DNA of 64,000 nt from Eledone cirrhosa. Taxonomy: Eukaryota. Each line of letters starts with the position of its first letter. Positions within the stretch are counted from its first letter, which is position 1. Location: the NCBI GenBank assembly GCA_964016885.1, contig OZ024744.1, forward strand, positions 94,550,001 to 94,614,000. Reading direction: 5' to 3'. This document shows positions 13,141 through 25,650 of this stretch, piece after piece. The notes beneath the pieces were generated by a model. The model worked only from the letters and a program-made list of their open reading frames with translations, did not search any database and was not told the origin of the DNA. The translations under genes were made by a program, and so were the position numbers.

Positions 13141-13304
13141 AACGAGTAGGACCCCGACGGCTGAGCTCAATCCGTTTCGACGGCTAATTCAGTCTAGAAT
13201 TAGCCGTCGGGGTCCTACTCGTTCCTATTACCCACTCTACTACCCTAAGTATTGAGTACTTTGGTGCGTTATGGTCCACCTGGTTCCTTACCACATTTCC
13301 TTCG

Positions 13305-13307
<3 letters not shown>
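13137..13307 (+). mobile_element. Fold-back non-coding element in (TA)n carrying the 3' half of a hammerhead-like motif
   Basis: TAGGAACGAGTAGGACCCCGACGGCT and AGCCGTCGGGGTCCTACTCGTTCCTA are inverted; a related copy lies at 17629-17729 (minus) and a fragment at 13750-13790. Confidence 0.6.
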
Positions 13308-13378
<71 letters not shown>

Positions 13379-13532
13379 GACGTAAATATTTACGTCTTTC
13401 ATATAATTGTTCTGCATTCCCCTGCATAGAACCACAAAGTTACTAAGACAAAACATATATATCTGCTAGCATAGGTATGCATCGGTATACATATGTCGGT
13501 AGATATATTAATTCTTTATATATATATAATAT

Positions 13533-13718
13533 AATATAGAAATGGCTTCTACCGGACTAGAACTGTTTCATTCGAAGGAAATCATCAGGAAAGTGCGTTC
13601 TTGATGATTTCCTTCGAATGAAACAGTTCTAGTCCTGTAGAAGCCATTTCTATATTAAATATTTATACACTGCTATGTAACGAGTACCTTACTTACTGTG
13701 GTTACCTCCGATTGAACC
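13533..13718. mobile_element. Fold-back element with a hammerhead-like motif in each arm
   Basis: ~59-bp inverted arms with a 6-nt spacer. The left arm (minus) reads CCTGATGA-TTTCCTTCGAAT-GAAAC-AGTTCTA-GTC. Confidence 0.65.
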
Positions 13719-14099
13719 CCCCCCCCCCCCTATATACATATGAAAAATTCGGGACCCCAACGGCTGAGCTCTTGTCGTTTCAATTGTTAGATCCGAATAT
13801 ATATTAGTTGAGTGTTTTTTTTTTTCATGAAGGGCAAATTTGACTCGATGGGGTTTGGACTTACTAGAATTTATTTAGTTTCAACGCTTTGCCGATTAAA
13901 ATAAATAAAAAATTATGGACGAAAGAAAATATTAAATTAAATAGGAAATAGTTTCGAACAAAAAAACAAAAACCCGAAACAAAAATTACCAAACGAAAAA
14001 AAAAAAAATCTACAAAACAAACGACAATAAATAGAAAACACGTTAAAAAAAAACCCATTCATTCATTAAGGCACCTCGAAAAATAAAAACCGGCGATCA

Positions 14100-14489
14100 T
14101 CTATCATTAGACTCCATTTACCCCGTACCGAGTGCACCCTGATAATGACGACGACGATAATAATGATGACGGCGACGATAATAATAATGATGACGGCGAC
14201 GACGATAATAATAATGATGACGGCGACGACGATGGTTATAATGATGACGGCCACGACGATGGTGATAATGATGACGACGACGACGACGATGACGATATTA
14301 TGAGGTAGTTTCTTCGCTCGATGTAAATGGAGAATTGTGAATCCTGCAGCGGTGGTCGTCGTTGTCCACCGGCTTCTGGTCATTATTATCTTGTATGATA
14401 TTCCGACATGCGACCCTTCTTTGTCGAGAATTCATCATCTTAAAGAAATAATTATTATGACTAGGGCGGTACGGTTCGTCTGTCAAACG
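14100..14489 (+). promoter_or_regulatory. Candidate CpG-retaining promoter / non-coding first exon of the DCN1-like gene
   Basis: CpG-rich stretch ending in the donor-like CG|GTATGA at 14490. The first coding exon has an acceptor upstream of its ATG, so an upstream exon is needed. There is no transcript evidence. Confidence 0.3.
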
Positions 14490-14873
14490 GTATGACAATT
14501 ATAAATTTACGATTTCTTCTCCTTTTTCTTACATAGTTTTATTGTTAATGTTATTTTTACATTTAATTTAATTTTATTTAGGTATTTTACAAAAAAAAAA
14601 AAAAAAATGATTAAGAACTAATAGCTAATAGACAGATAGATAGACAGACAGAAGGAAAGAAAGAAATGAAGAATAGCGGCGGGGTGAAAAGAGAAAAACA
14701 AGTCACATCACACCGTAAATAATAGTTACTTAGAGTAATTAAATATTTTTTTAAAGTCAACTCATTCACTTTATTCATTGACAATTTTTACATTGGCTTG
14801 TGCACACATTGACAAAACAATTAAGCAACTATGGTATTTATTTACATGTATATGTTAAATGTAATTATAACTT

Positions 14874-15112
14874 ATACAGGACTAGAACTGTTTCGTTCGT
14901 ATGAACTCACCGGGAATAATAATGGTGATACGAATGAAACAGTTCTAGTCCTATAACAAGTCATTTATATATATTATTCTATATTAAAATAATAATTATT
15001 ACTTAAGTTTTTTTTTCTCGTTTAACGTATCGAGTACCTTATAAAAATATAATCCACAGTTATACAAGGTACTCAATACGTTAAACGAGAAAAAAACTTA
15101 GGCAATTATTAT
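14874..15112. mobile_element. Double fold-back element related to 13533-13718, with hammerhead-like motif
   Basis: Minus strand reads CCGGTGA-GTTC-ATAC-GAAC-GAAAC-AGTTCTA-GTC. A second inverted repeat lies at ~14992-15112. Confidence 0.6.
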
Positions 15113-15164
15113 ATATATACTATTATTATGTGTTCCAGCCGAGGGGCTGAGGCCATGCTGGGGC

Positions 15165-15177
15165 TACATATATACAT

Positions 15178-15264
<87 letters not shown>

Positions 15265-15452
15265 TACATATATATATATGTATATAATTGGTTACGGACA
15301 CTTGTATGAATAAAACTGATTTACTTTAGTCGGTCAAACTTATATCCTCGCCAATCGAGATTTTGGTTTATGTTTAATTGCTTCTCTGAGTTGGTATATA
15401 TCTTTTGATTAGAGAGAACTTTTTAATTGATATATATGTATGTATGTATGTA

Positions 15453-15517
<65 letters not shown>

Positions 15518-15656
15518 CAGATTATATATATATCCAGGGATTGTAACGCGGAGTTACTGTGTGTATATGTATATTTTATATATACATGTATGTATATATT
15601 ATACATATATCTGTGTGTGTGTGTATAAATATATATATATTATATAAACACACACA

Positions 15657-15705
<49 letters not shown>

Positions 15706-16228
15706 GTTGGTGCTCTGAAATAGCGATATATATATGAATGTATATATAGTGTATTTTGCATACAGTGTATTGCAAAATACACTATATATACATTCATATA
15801 TATATATATATATATATATTACCTATGTGTGTATATATATATACATTGGAACAATGTTGTCACAGATTCGTGAAGTAGAGAGGATGGATGATGAGGATCA
15901 CAATTATTCACTGAATCATTGAATGAGGCGAATACTTTGTTTATCGACCTTTGATGATTTTTTTGTTTTTGTTTTGTTTTTGTTTTTTCTTTCTCAAAAG
16001 TCGACTCGACATGAGCGGAATTTGAACTTATAAAAACATAACATAACATAAAATAACATAAACACAACAGACCGAACACAAATCAACGTAACGGATCTTT
16101 TAACAAAATAATACCGCTAGATAAATAATTTATTAAATATGATGTTTTTGTAACACACACACACACATATATATACATAACTACACACACACACACACAC
16201 ATATATGTATATGCACACAAACACATAT

Positions 16229-16260
<32 letters not shown>

Positions 16261-16365
16261 TCACACACACACATGTATATACACACACACATGTATATAC
16301 ACACACACATATATACATACATACATACATACATACATACATACATACATACATACATACATACA

Positions 16366-16401
<36 letters not shown>

Positions 16402-16425
16402 TATATTCACACACACACATATATG
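15165..16425. repeat. Cluster of (TA)n, (CA)n/(TG)n and (TACA)n microsatellites
   Basis: Directly visible, e.g. (CATA)n at ~16312-16392. Confidence 0.95.
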
Positions 16426-17147
16426 TATGATCAGCAATCAGTGATATAATCATAAAGAAAGAAAGAAATATTATTCAATCCTTCCTTCTACATAACTACA
16501 CTTCGTTTATATTTCTTCTCTACCTTTCATCTTTTTTTATCTGATTATCTGATTGGTATGTTTTATGTTTTATATTTTAATTTCATTTAATTATTTCAAT
16601 TATCTAACGGCTTATCCCGTTAGATAAAGTTGTACCATCGACGCTTATTTATTTATTTATGTATCTGTTTCCAGAACGATTTAAATAGATATATATATAT
16701 ATATATATATATCCCCCCCCCCCCTTGTTTCTGTCCTTTTTTTTTTTAGAAGACTTTTTTTGTTATTTTTTATTTTATTTTATCACCGCTACTTACTTCT
16801 ATACCACATATATACAGACATACAAACACACATACACTTATACATACATACACATACATACATCCACATCCACCCATACATACACATACATGTGTTTGGT
16901 ATGATAAAAATGTACCTATTTTTATCTGTTTTCGCCGCAGTCTTTTTTTTTATTCACAAAACTATGTATAAATCAAATTCTGATTTACAGACGGTCAAAC
17001 CTACAAATGTTGTACGTATCATAACTAATATTGTCCCATTCCTTCTTAGCTATTTACCATTCAGACTGACTCAAGAAAATCTTTGTGTGTGTGTGTGTTA
17101 GTTTGATTTGTTGGTTTAAAAATCTTCATGTAATGTATTATATATAA

Positions 17148-17566
17148 AGTGTGTCCCCCCCAAAAAAATGTATACACACTGATTACCTGTACAGGCAATA
17201 TTTATTGGAATGCTGTTGAAGTATGTATATATTTTGGGGGGACACCCTGTATATATATGCGTGTGTGTGTATATATATATATTTTTTTTTTTATACACAC
17301 ACACATATATATATATTCGCAGCACAGCCCTTCCAAAGTATAACGATATCATTTATTAAAGGCTAAAATAGTGAGTCTTGTTACTCTGGAGTTTCGCCCA
17401 TATATCACAGGCACTAAACTCTACTTCGGTATTGAGTACTTTTTTCTCTCGGTCGTCAACCACATATACACACAGGGTGCCCCCAAAAGGTGTATACACA
17501 TTTCAACGGCATTCTAATAAATATTGCCTGTATAGGTAATCAAAAGTGTGTATACATTTTTGTGAC

Positions 17567-17572
<6 letters not shown>
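17148..17572. mobile_element. Two ~100-bp Tc1/mariner-type MITEs in inverted orientation (17148-17252 and 17472-17572)
   Basis: CAGGGTG(T/C)CCCCAAAA...TTTTGGGGGGACACCCTG-type terminal inverted repeats next to TA; internal sequences are reverse complements of each other. Confidence 0.65.
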
Positions 17573-17631
<59 letters not shown>

Positions 17632-17726
17632 CGGAGGAAATGTGGTGAGGAACCAGGTGGACCATAACGCACCAAAGTACTCAATACTTAGAGTAGTAGA
17701 GTGGGTAATAGGAACGAGTAGGACCC

Positions 17727-17790
<64 letters not shown>

Positions 17791-17893
17791 ATCTTCACCA
17801 TGTTCATTATGTATGTTAATGGCATGGTCTGATATGATATGGTGTGTGTGTGGACACTTGGACCTACGGTTTATCGGTTTATTTATTACGTAA

Positions 17894-17936
<43 letters not shown>

Positions 17937-18334
17937 CATTACATACTTGATGTAATGTGTATGGTTGTGTTATGTATGTAGACAGGGATCAATGTTTTCT
18001 TTCATTGGTATTTCCATACAACCGAAAGCTGTTTATGTATTGCGTGGTGCTTATGATTAGGTTCATTTGTCTAAGTACATACACTCTGTTATATACACAT
18101 ACATACATGTCTCTATGTATATATGAGTGGCAATGATAATAGATCTCGAAATAAGAAAATGAAAATCTCGTCTGATTGACCGGACTCATATATACACCAA
18201 TTCTAATATGTATATACGCAGTACCTACCATGTGTATATGTGAATCAGTGTATGTACGTGTATGTGTATATATATATATATAAATATATATGTATATATA
18301 AATATATATATATATATAAATATATATATATATT

Positions 18335-18419
<85 letters not shown>

Positions 18420-18529
18420 GTCACCTGGTCTGACTTGTCTCGACAGGACAGCTCGTCTGACCCATGTTAGCGTTGAAAAATGGACGTTAAACGATGATGA
18501 TGATATATATGCGTGTATATATGCATATG

Positions 18530-18564
<35 letters not shown>

Positions 18565-18974
18565 ATATATGTATGTCTATTTGTCTTTATGGGTTGGCTA
18601 GGTTGGTATTGTCTGAGACAAGAAAGATCAGGGAACCCCATCATGCTCATATGTTTCATCTTTGGCATGGTTTCTTCAGCTGGGTGCCTTTCCTTGTGCC
18701 AACCACTTTACTGAATGTACTGGGAACATACTACCACTTTACAGAGTCTACTGGGTTCATTTTATGGCACAAGCACTACCACTTTACAGAGTGCATTGGG
18801 TATATTTTATAGTGGTGCCAGGACTACCACCTTACTGGACATTAGAGCTGTTGTCTGTTCATCGGCATGGCTACTATTCATTTTACAGAGTGTATTGGGT
18901 GCATTTTATTGTGACACCAGCACTGAGGGGTTGCCTTGTATATTGCAAGAATATAGATTTTATGTGGTGAACGC

Positions 18975-19160
18975 AGTGGATTGGCAGAATTGTTAGAGCA
19001 TCAGATGAAATGCTTTGCAGTTTTTGTCCCTGTATTTTATATTTTGAGTTCAAATCCCACTGAGGTTAATTTTGTCTTTCATCCTTCTGGAGTTGGTAAA
19101 ATAAAGTATCAGTTAAGTATAGGGTCAATATCATCGACTTTCCCATCCCTCCAAACTGCT
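18975..19160 (+). mobile_element. Older family-A SINE
   Basis: GTGGATTGGCAGAATTGTTAG A-box-like, GAGTTCAAATCC B-box and Meta-like domain. Confidence 0.7.
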
Positions 19161-19604
19161 GAAAGAATTATTTCATGTTTTCTTTGTTCATTCAGTGTAC
19201 TGTGACCAAGAGATTGAATAACAAAGAGAGAGAGAGAGATCAGTAGGTATGACTTTATAAGGAGCATGCTAAGAGAGAGAGATGATTGGAGTGAGGTGTA
19301 TTAGAGAAGGGAGTAAAAGGAGAGAGACCGTGATAGCACCTACATGTTTGCTGGCAAGACATATAAAGCAAGAGCTGAGCAATGGTATGAGAGAACCATG
19401 GGTGTCAGTAATGTGTAACTTGGAGTGATGGTTAGCAGTATTGAAGAACAATGGTAGGGTGTATGGAATATAGTCAAATCTGATGTAGTCTTGGTGATGG
19501 GAGAGAGAAAGAGGAAGAGAGTTGAGTCAGATCTGATGGAGTCTTTCATTACACAGTCATCGTGATGGGAGAGAGGAAGGTGTCACATTTAAAGCCGTCC
19601 ATCA

Positions 19605-19811
19605 TTAACCCTTTAACATTTACATTACTCTATATATACTATTGTATTTTCACAGAAAATATCGCATGATATTAAGTCTGAGATTTTTATATTATTTATT
19701 TTGTGAACAATACCTTAATGTTGGTATGAGCGGCTGGTTATGACTGGTTTTAACAGAAAGGGATGAGAGAATTCTGGCTGGATACAACTGGTTTAAATGC
19801 TAAAAGGTTAA
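19605..19811. mobile_element. Complete TTAA-flanked MITE-like element (piggyBac-type ends)
   Basis: TTAA-CCCTTTAACATTTA ... TAAATGCTAAAAGG-TTAA terminal inverted repeats. Confidence 0.75.
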
Positions 19812-20329
19812 GAGAGAAGTTAAGTACTAGATGAGAAGGTATCAAAAGTAGGAATGGTAACTTAACAGAAATAAAATGGATGAGAGATACAAATGTAGAT
19901 AAACATCCCAACTTTCACCAGCACTCGGCTAATATGTGCTTCTTAGTTTTGCTTTATCCATGGGAAATTTCTACGGCCTTGATGCTCTTCCTGACACCAT
20001 CCCTTACTTTTCAACATGGTAGAGAGATTCACTGGTTTAATAGTGTTTTGGAAGTGACGACGCACACAAATACACAAAAGTACAAATAATGATCTTTCAC
20101 AATACCCATCTACCAAATCCATTCACAAGACGTTAGCCTGAGGCTATAACATAAGACACTTGTCTGAGGTGCCACATGGTGGGACTGAACCCAGAACTAC
20201 ATACTTTAGAAGTGAACTTCTAAACCACCCAACAATTCACAACTGTTCATGCACAGTAATGTTATACACCTAGCAGAGAATACTTTTTTCAATTTTTCCT
20301 AGATGTTGCAAATTTCCTTTCCACCTTCA

Positions 20330-21915
20330 AAGTCCATGTCTCACTACCATGCAGCATCAAACTTTTATACTCAATAACCATGAAAATTTCTCACCTCCAT
20401 TGCTAATTTGTAACAAAAGTGATCAATCATTTCCAATGAGCCATCTGAGCATTTGAAAAATATATTTCTCTGCTAACTATTCCTGTGCACCTTCCACCTA
20501 TATATATATATACCTACCTTCTCTGTTAGTCTTCTATAATTCCACTACACCTCTTGTGTATCCACTGGGCACACTATCAAATTTCTATCTATTCCATGTA
20601 TGGCCATTTCTTTGACAATAAGAGGGCCCTGTCTTTTTTTTTCCTGCTTACTAAAACTTTAGTTATTGCTAGGTTTACTTTGAGATCTGTCGATTCAAGC
20701 TTTTGCTTCTATATTTGGACTGCAATGATGATGATGTTGAGGAAATCTATTACAGATTCTGCTATAAGAACAAAGTCATCAGTATACAGGAATTTCCAAG
20801 GGCAATTGGTATTACGCCCCTCAGGTAGGGCCTAGTGATCTACAATAAACAAGAGCGAGTGCACTGGTGAGACACTGCAGAAGTACTTCGCTAGAACTAG
20901 TCACCTATACACCTAACATTCATCACCCTGCCTTTCACAGAGTTCCATCCTCAGTAATCTGGTGGTTGGTAAAGAACCCATGGGTAGATAAATGGCTTGT
21001 GAAGACCATGCAAACCACACAAGCCATTGAGATAGCTGTAGAAACCAATTAACAGCTGTATATGACATCTTTGTTAATGTCATATATATCTCTATCCATT
21101 ATAAAGCTTTCTCCAGGGTTAGTACATTTCTCTCCTTGGCATGTACAGCTCTCTCTCCGTGGTTTACTGAGTAGTGAACTCTGTGAAAGGTAGGTTGACG
21201 AATGCTAGGTATAGGTGATTAGTTCTAGCAGTTGTCTCACCCAGAAGATGGCTTTGATAATGCCTCATCCTAGCTCAAAGCTAAACTACAATTCTGTATG
21301 TAAACAAAAATTTAAATGAAATAACTCTCTCTGTGACCATTATTACTTGATTCAATAACTGAATGCCTCTATTATTTTCTTTCTTTAGCATCTCCTTTGC
21401 TCTTGAAGCATTTGATGGTGATATACCATCATCATTTTTATGTCCGTTTTTCCATGCATGGATTAGGGTAGTCTTTTTCAGCGCAGCATCTCTCCACACA
21501 TGTTCCTTTGTCATCTCCTCTGAGTCTGTGTTTTGAGATCAGCTCTCACCACCTCTGCCCAGGTCTTACTTGGTTTACCTCTGCTGCAGCTTCCTTCCAC
21601 TGGTATTTCCTGTCAGTCATCCTCCATGCTCATCACATGTCTGTACTAATGTAGTTTTCTTTCCTGCACACCACTTCAGATTCCTCTTAAACCCAACTTC
21701 TTCAGTTCATCCAAGCTCTGCTTCTCTCTTACTGTTATATTGCACATCCAACAGAGCATGGCTGTTTCATTTCTCTCCAGTCTACGCATGTCCTCTGCAG
21801 TCACTGCCCATATTTCACTACCATGAATGTCGCACTTTACACACACATCATACAGTTGGCCTTTTGTATGTAGGGAGAAACTTTTTGTTGTCAACAGTGG
21901 GAGTAGCTCTCTATA
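20330..21915 (-). mobile_element. Several degenerate RTE fragments
   Basis: ORFs 21676-21939 (RELLPLLTTKSFSL..GSEIWAVTAEDMRRLERNE) and 21281-21514; decayed LYTDDFVL motif near 20770. Confidence 0.75.
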
Positions 21916-23313
21916 CCTGGTTGCCCTTCCCAACATCAACCACTTTACACTTCAGCAAAAAGTGCCCAATTCACCCTGTAAGGTGGTAGTGTTGGAGTCA
22001 CGATAAAATACTTCCAGGACATGCTATAAATGTACTGGGAACATTTTTTATGACTCCTGCACTACCAATTTACACTCACACACACACATTATATATATAT
22101 ATGTATATGCATGCATACAACATCAATCATCATTTTATGGCATGGGTTGGAGGGCTTCTTACAGTTCGAGTCAGTGCATATTTTGGATTTCTGCATTCCT
22201 AACACCCTGCACGTTGAACATTACAATTCTTGGCATGGTTTCTATGACTGGTTGCTTTTCCTAATACCGACCACTTTACAGAGTGTACAGTTGTATAACA
22301 GACGTTATTATGGCCTTGACAAGATTAAAAAGCTTTCTTTACCATGCAGTGTCTATGATCATCACAATGAATTGTAGCTACTAGCTAACCTTCATGGGGA
22401 AGAAAATGATGATGATGATACTCGTATTATATATGGGTGATGGAAAAATGACCAACTAAGAGTTACAATGGAATTCCTGTAAAGTGGCAGTGCTAGTGCT
22501 TTGGCAAAAAGCAAGTAAGGTTGTAGTGCTGGAGTCACAATAAAATGCTCCCAGTACATAGTGTAAAGTGGTTGGTGTTAAGAAGGGCATGCAGCTGTAG
22601 AAACTATGCTCCCAGTACATGCTGTAAAGTGGTTGGTGTTAGTAAGGGCATCTAGCCATAGAAGCCATGCTCCAAGTACATAGTGTAAAGTAGTTGGTGT
22701 TAAGAAGGGCATGCAGCTGTAGAAACCATGCCAAAACAAACATGAGCAGGACCTATTCACCTACCTAGTCAGACCTCAACACCTGCAAATGTAGAAAATA
22801 GACATTAAACTGTGATGATGATGATGATGAATGATAGTTGACAGGAGCAAATATAAGATATCCAGTGCCCTTCCTCATTGCACAGTGGATTGAAAAGAGT
22901 TAGCTATAGTGATAGAAGGTTGGTGGTGAGAGAGAGGTGAAGTGATAAGTGATGGTATAATGGTAGAGAGTGAAGGGGGGGGGGTAGTGATAATGGTAGG
23001 GGGTTGGTGGTGTTTCTTTTGAACTACATGATTATTTTGGATGGTGGAATGTAATGTGATGTGGCATGATACTCATCATTTTTTTTTTTTTCAACAAAAG
23101 AGGTAAATTAAGTGAAGTGAAAATAAAATTATATTATAGGTAAAGTTTACAGGTAGCTAAACACCTCAATGACACTTATCTGTTGCCATTGAGGTCAACT
23201 TTGCCTTTCATCCCTACGGGGGTCGATAAAATAAAGTACCAGTACTGTACTGGGTAATTGCTGGCCTTGTGCCAAAAGTAGAAACAATTAATATTGATTT
23301 ATAGTTTAGGCAC

Positions 23314-23522
23314 ATCCTCTTCCTCCTCCTCCTCCTCCTCCTCCTCCTCCTCCTCCTCCTCCTCCTCCTCCTCCTCCTCCTCCTCCTCCTCCTCCTCCTC
23401 CTCCTCCTCCTCCTCCTCCTCCTCCTCCTCCTCCTCCTCCTCCTCCTCCTCCTCCTCCTCCTCCTCCTCCTCCTCCTCCTCCTCCTCCTCCTCCTCCTCC
23501 CCATCATCATCATCATCATCAT
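23314..23522. repeat. (CCT)n of ~60 units followed by (CAT)n
   Basis: Directly visible; source of the poly-Arg and poly-Ser ORFs. Confidence 0.98.
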
Positions 23523-24496
23523 TTAATGTCTGCCTTCTCTGCTAGCAAGGTTTGGGTGGGTCTACATACACCAAGTCAGTACTTGAAGTGAGGCTACTGA
23601 CATCCCAGACATGCTGAGGGGTCTGTATCCCACTTACATATGGTCATACCCAGTGTAGAGGTTAAGTTGTCATGTCTTTTGACACAAACTGAAGGGTCTT
23701 CCTAACCCGTTGTTTTACAAGTTTTCTATGACTGGATGCCCTTCCTAAAACCAACCACTTTACAGTGTGTACTGGGAACATGGTTTCTATGCTGGATACC
23801 CTTCCGAACACCAACCACTTTACATCATGTACTGGGTGCTTGAGTGCTTTTATTGTGTAGATCACTAACACTAGGGCGGTTGTCATATCCTTGACACAAC
23901 TGAGGGATCCTCCCAACTCTTTGTTTGACAAGCTTTCTATAGCTGGAAGCCCTTTCTAACACCAAACCTCTTTACAGTGTCTACTATTTTTTTTTTTATT
24001 GTGTAGATCACCAGCACTAAGGAGGCTGTCATGCCCTTGACACAACTAAAGAGTCCTCCCAACCCTTTTTTGGTAAGCTGTCTATGGTTGGATGCCCTTC
24101 TTATCACTAACTACTTTACAGTGTGTACTGTGTGCATTTATTGTGTAAATCATTAAACACTAGAGAGGTTGTTGTGTCTTTGACACAGCTAAAGGGTCTT
24201 CCCAACCCTTTTAGGCATGGTTTCTATAGCACAATGCCAGAGAATTTGTGGGGAAGGGCAAAGTTTCTTAAATCAACCCCAGAAGGCTGAAAGGCAAAAT
24301 TGATTTAGCAAGATTTGAACTCCTTGTAACCATTAGTAGTATTGTTGGTGTTAGGAAGGGCATCCAGCCATAGAAAACTCGCCAGAGAGTCCTATACGAG
24401 CAAGACAACCAATCTTGCCTCATGTGGGACAATTTCCGTCTAAACCCATGCTAGCGTGGAAGATAGATGTTAAACGATGATGATGATGAAGTTAGC

Positions 24497-24687
24497 GGTG
24501 GATTGGCAGTATCGGTAGAAGGTCGGACGCCATGCTTTGACGCATAGAGTTACGGCCCTTGCCATTCTGAGTTCAAATCCAGCTGAGGTTAACTTTGCCT
24601 TTCATCCTTACGGGAGGTCGATAAAATAAAGTACCAGTAATGCACTGGGTAATTGCTGGCCTTGTGCCAAAAGTAGAAACAATTATT
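24497..24687 (+). mobile_element. Full family-A SINE with 8-bp target-site duplication
   Basis: AAGTTAGC at 24489-24496 and 24688-24695; A box TGGCAGTATCGG; B box GAGTTCAAATCC. Confidence 0.85.
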
Positions 24688-24794
24688 AAGTTAGCATATA
24701 TGTTACATTTATTAACAAATATTAACAAATGAATTGAAATATTTTTTTCTGTAGGTTCTGAGTGAAAATAACTTTTGATATATTTGACCTTGAA

Positions 24795-24883
24795 ATGCCA
24801 CCTCGCCGCCGACGACGCTCGCCTGACACTGAGAGAAATATAGGAGATTTAAATGATATAAGAGCTAAGAAGATTGCATCTTG
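24795..24883 (+). CDS. DCUN1D5: DCN1-like protein, coding exon 1: MPPRRRRRSPDTERNIGDLNDIRAKKIAS(W); exon begins at 24755
   Basis: Acceptor TTTTTTTCTGTAG at 24754, ATG at 24795, donor TG|GTAAGT at 24884 (phase 2). The basic N-terminus resembles DCUN1D5 MPVKKKRKSP and the phase fits the next exon. Confidence 0.85.
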
Positions 24884-25543
24884 GTAAGTTAACCACTTGC
24901 ATTTTACTAGATCCTATGTTAACCCTTTTGCTACCAAAACTCGCTCTGATTCTATGAATTAAAACTCATTCATTGTAAAGGTTTCCAATTTAAATTAAAT
25001 ATCTTCCAATTTAATTTTATATAGGAACCTTACATTAAGTTACTATCTTAGTAATGAAATAGTTTTAGTAAATCTCTCAAAATTCTTCATTAATTAGTTA
25101 AAATAGAATGTATTTCATTAGAAATGTGGTCATGAAAGAGTTAATGTATTTTCTATTGAATTTAGGCTGTCAGTATCTCCACTTAGATCATCATATGTCC
25201 ACTTTCTACGCTGGCATGGGTTGGATGGGTTGTCATGGTCTCTTTTGGACCAGAATGGTCAGAACAATACACTTGTATTTCATTAGAAATGAGTTTCTGA
25301 AAGGGTTAATGAAGTTTTCCTTTGAACATTTGAAAACAATTAACTAACCTTTCCTTTACTATATCTATCTATCTCCTTATAATATATAACCAGCAATTTC
25401 TCTGTCTGTCTGTCTGACAGTGGAAACATGTGTGCGCGTGCAAATGTTTTTTGCGCACGCGTAGAGAGAGAGTGAGAGTGAAAGAAAGAGACAGACTACG
25501 AGAGGGGGATAGTGGGAGGGAGAGGGGGGAATTGAGGAGTGCT

Positions 25544-25650
25544 ACAGAAACATATATACATTTCTGTGTGTGTGTAATATATATATATATACACACACAG
25601 AAATATATATATATTTCTGTGTGTGTAATATATATATATATATATATATA
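25544..25650. repeat. Self-complementary CACACAGAAAT(AT)nATTTCTGTGTG minisatellite, block 1
   Basis: Same unit at 28915-29110 and 29660-30095. Confidence 0.85.

Noticed and set aside
15128-18714. Many [10 protein letters not shown] and VCVC ORFs
   Set aside because: Microsatellite translations.
23214-23545. Poly-Arg and poly-Ser ORFs
   Set aside because: (CCT)n microsatellite.
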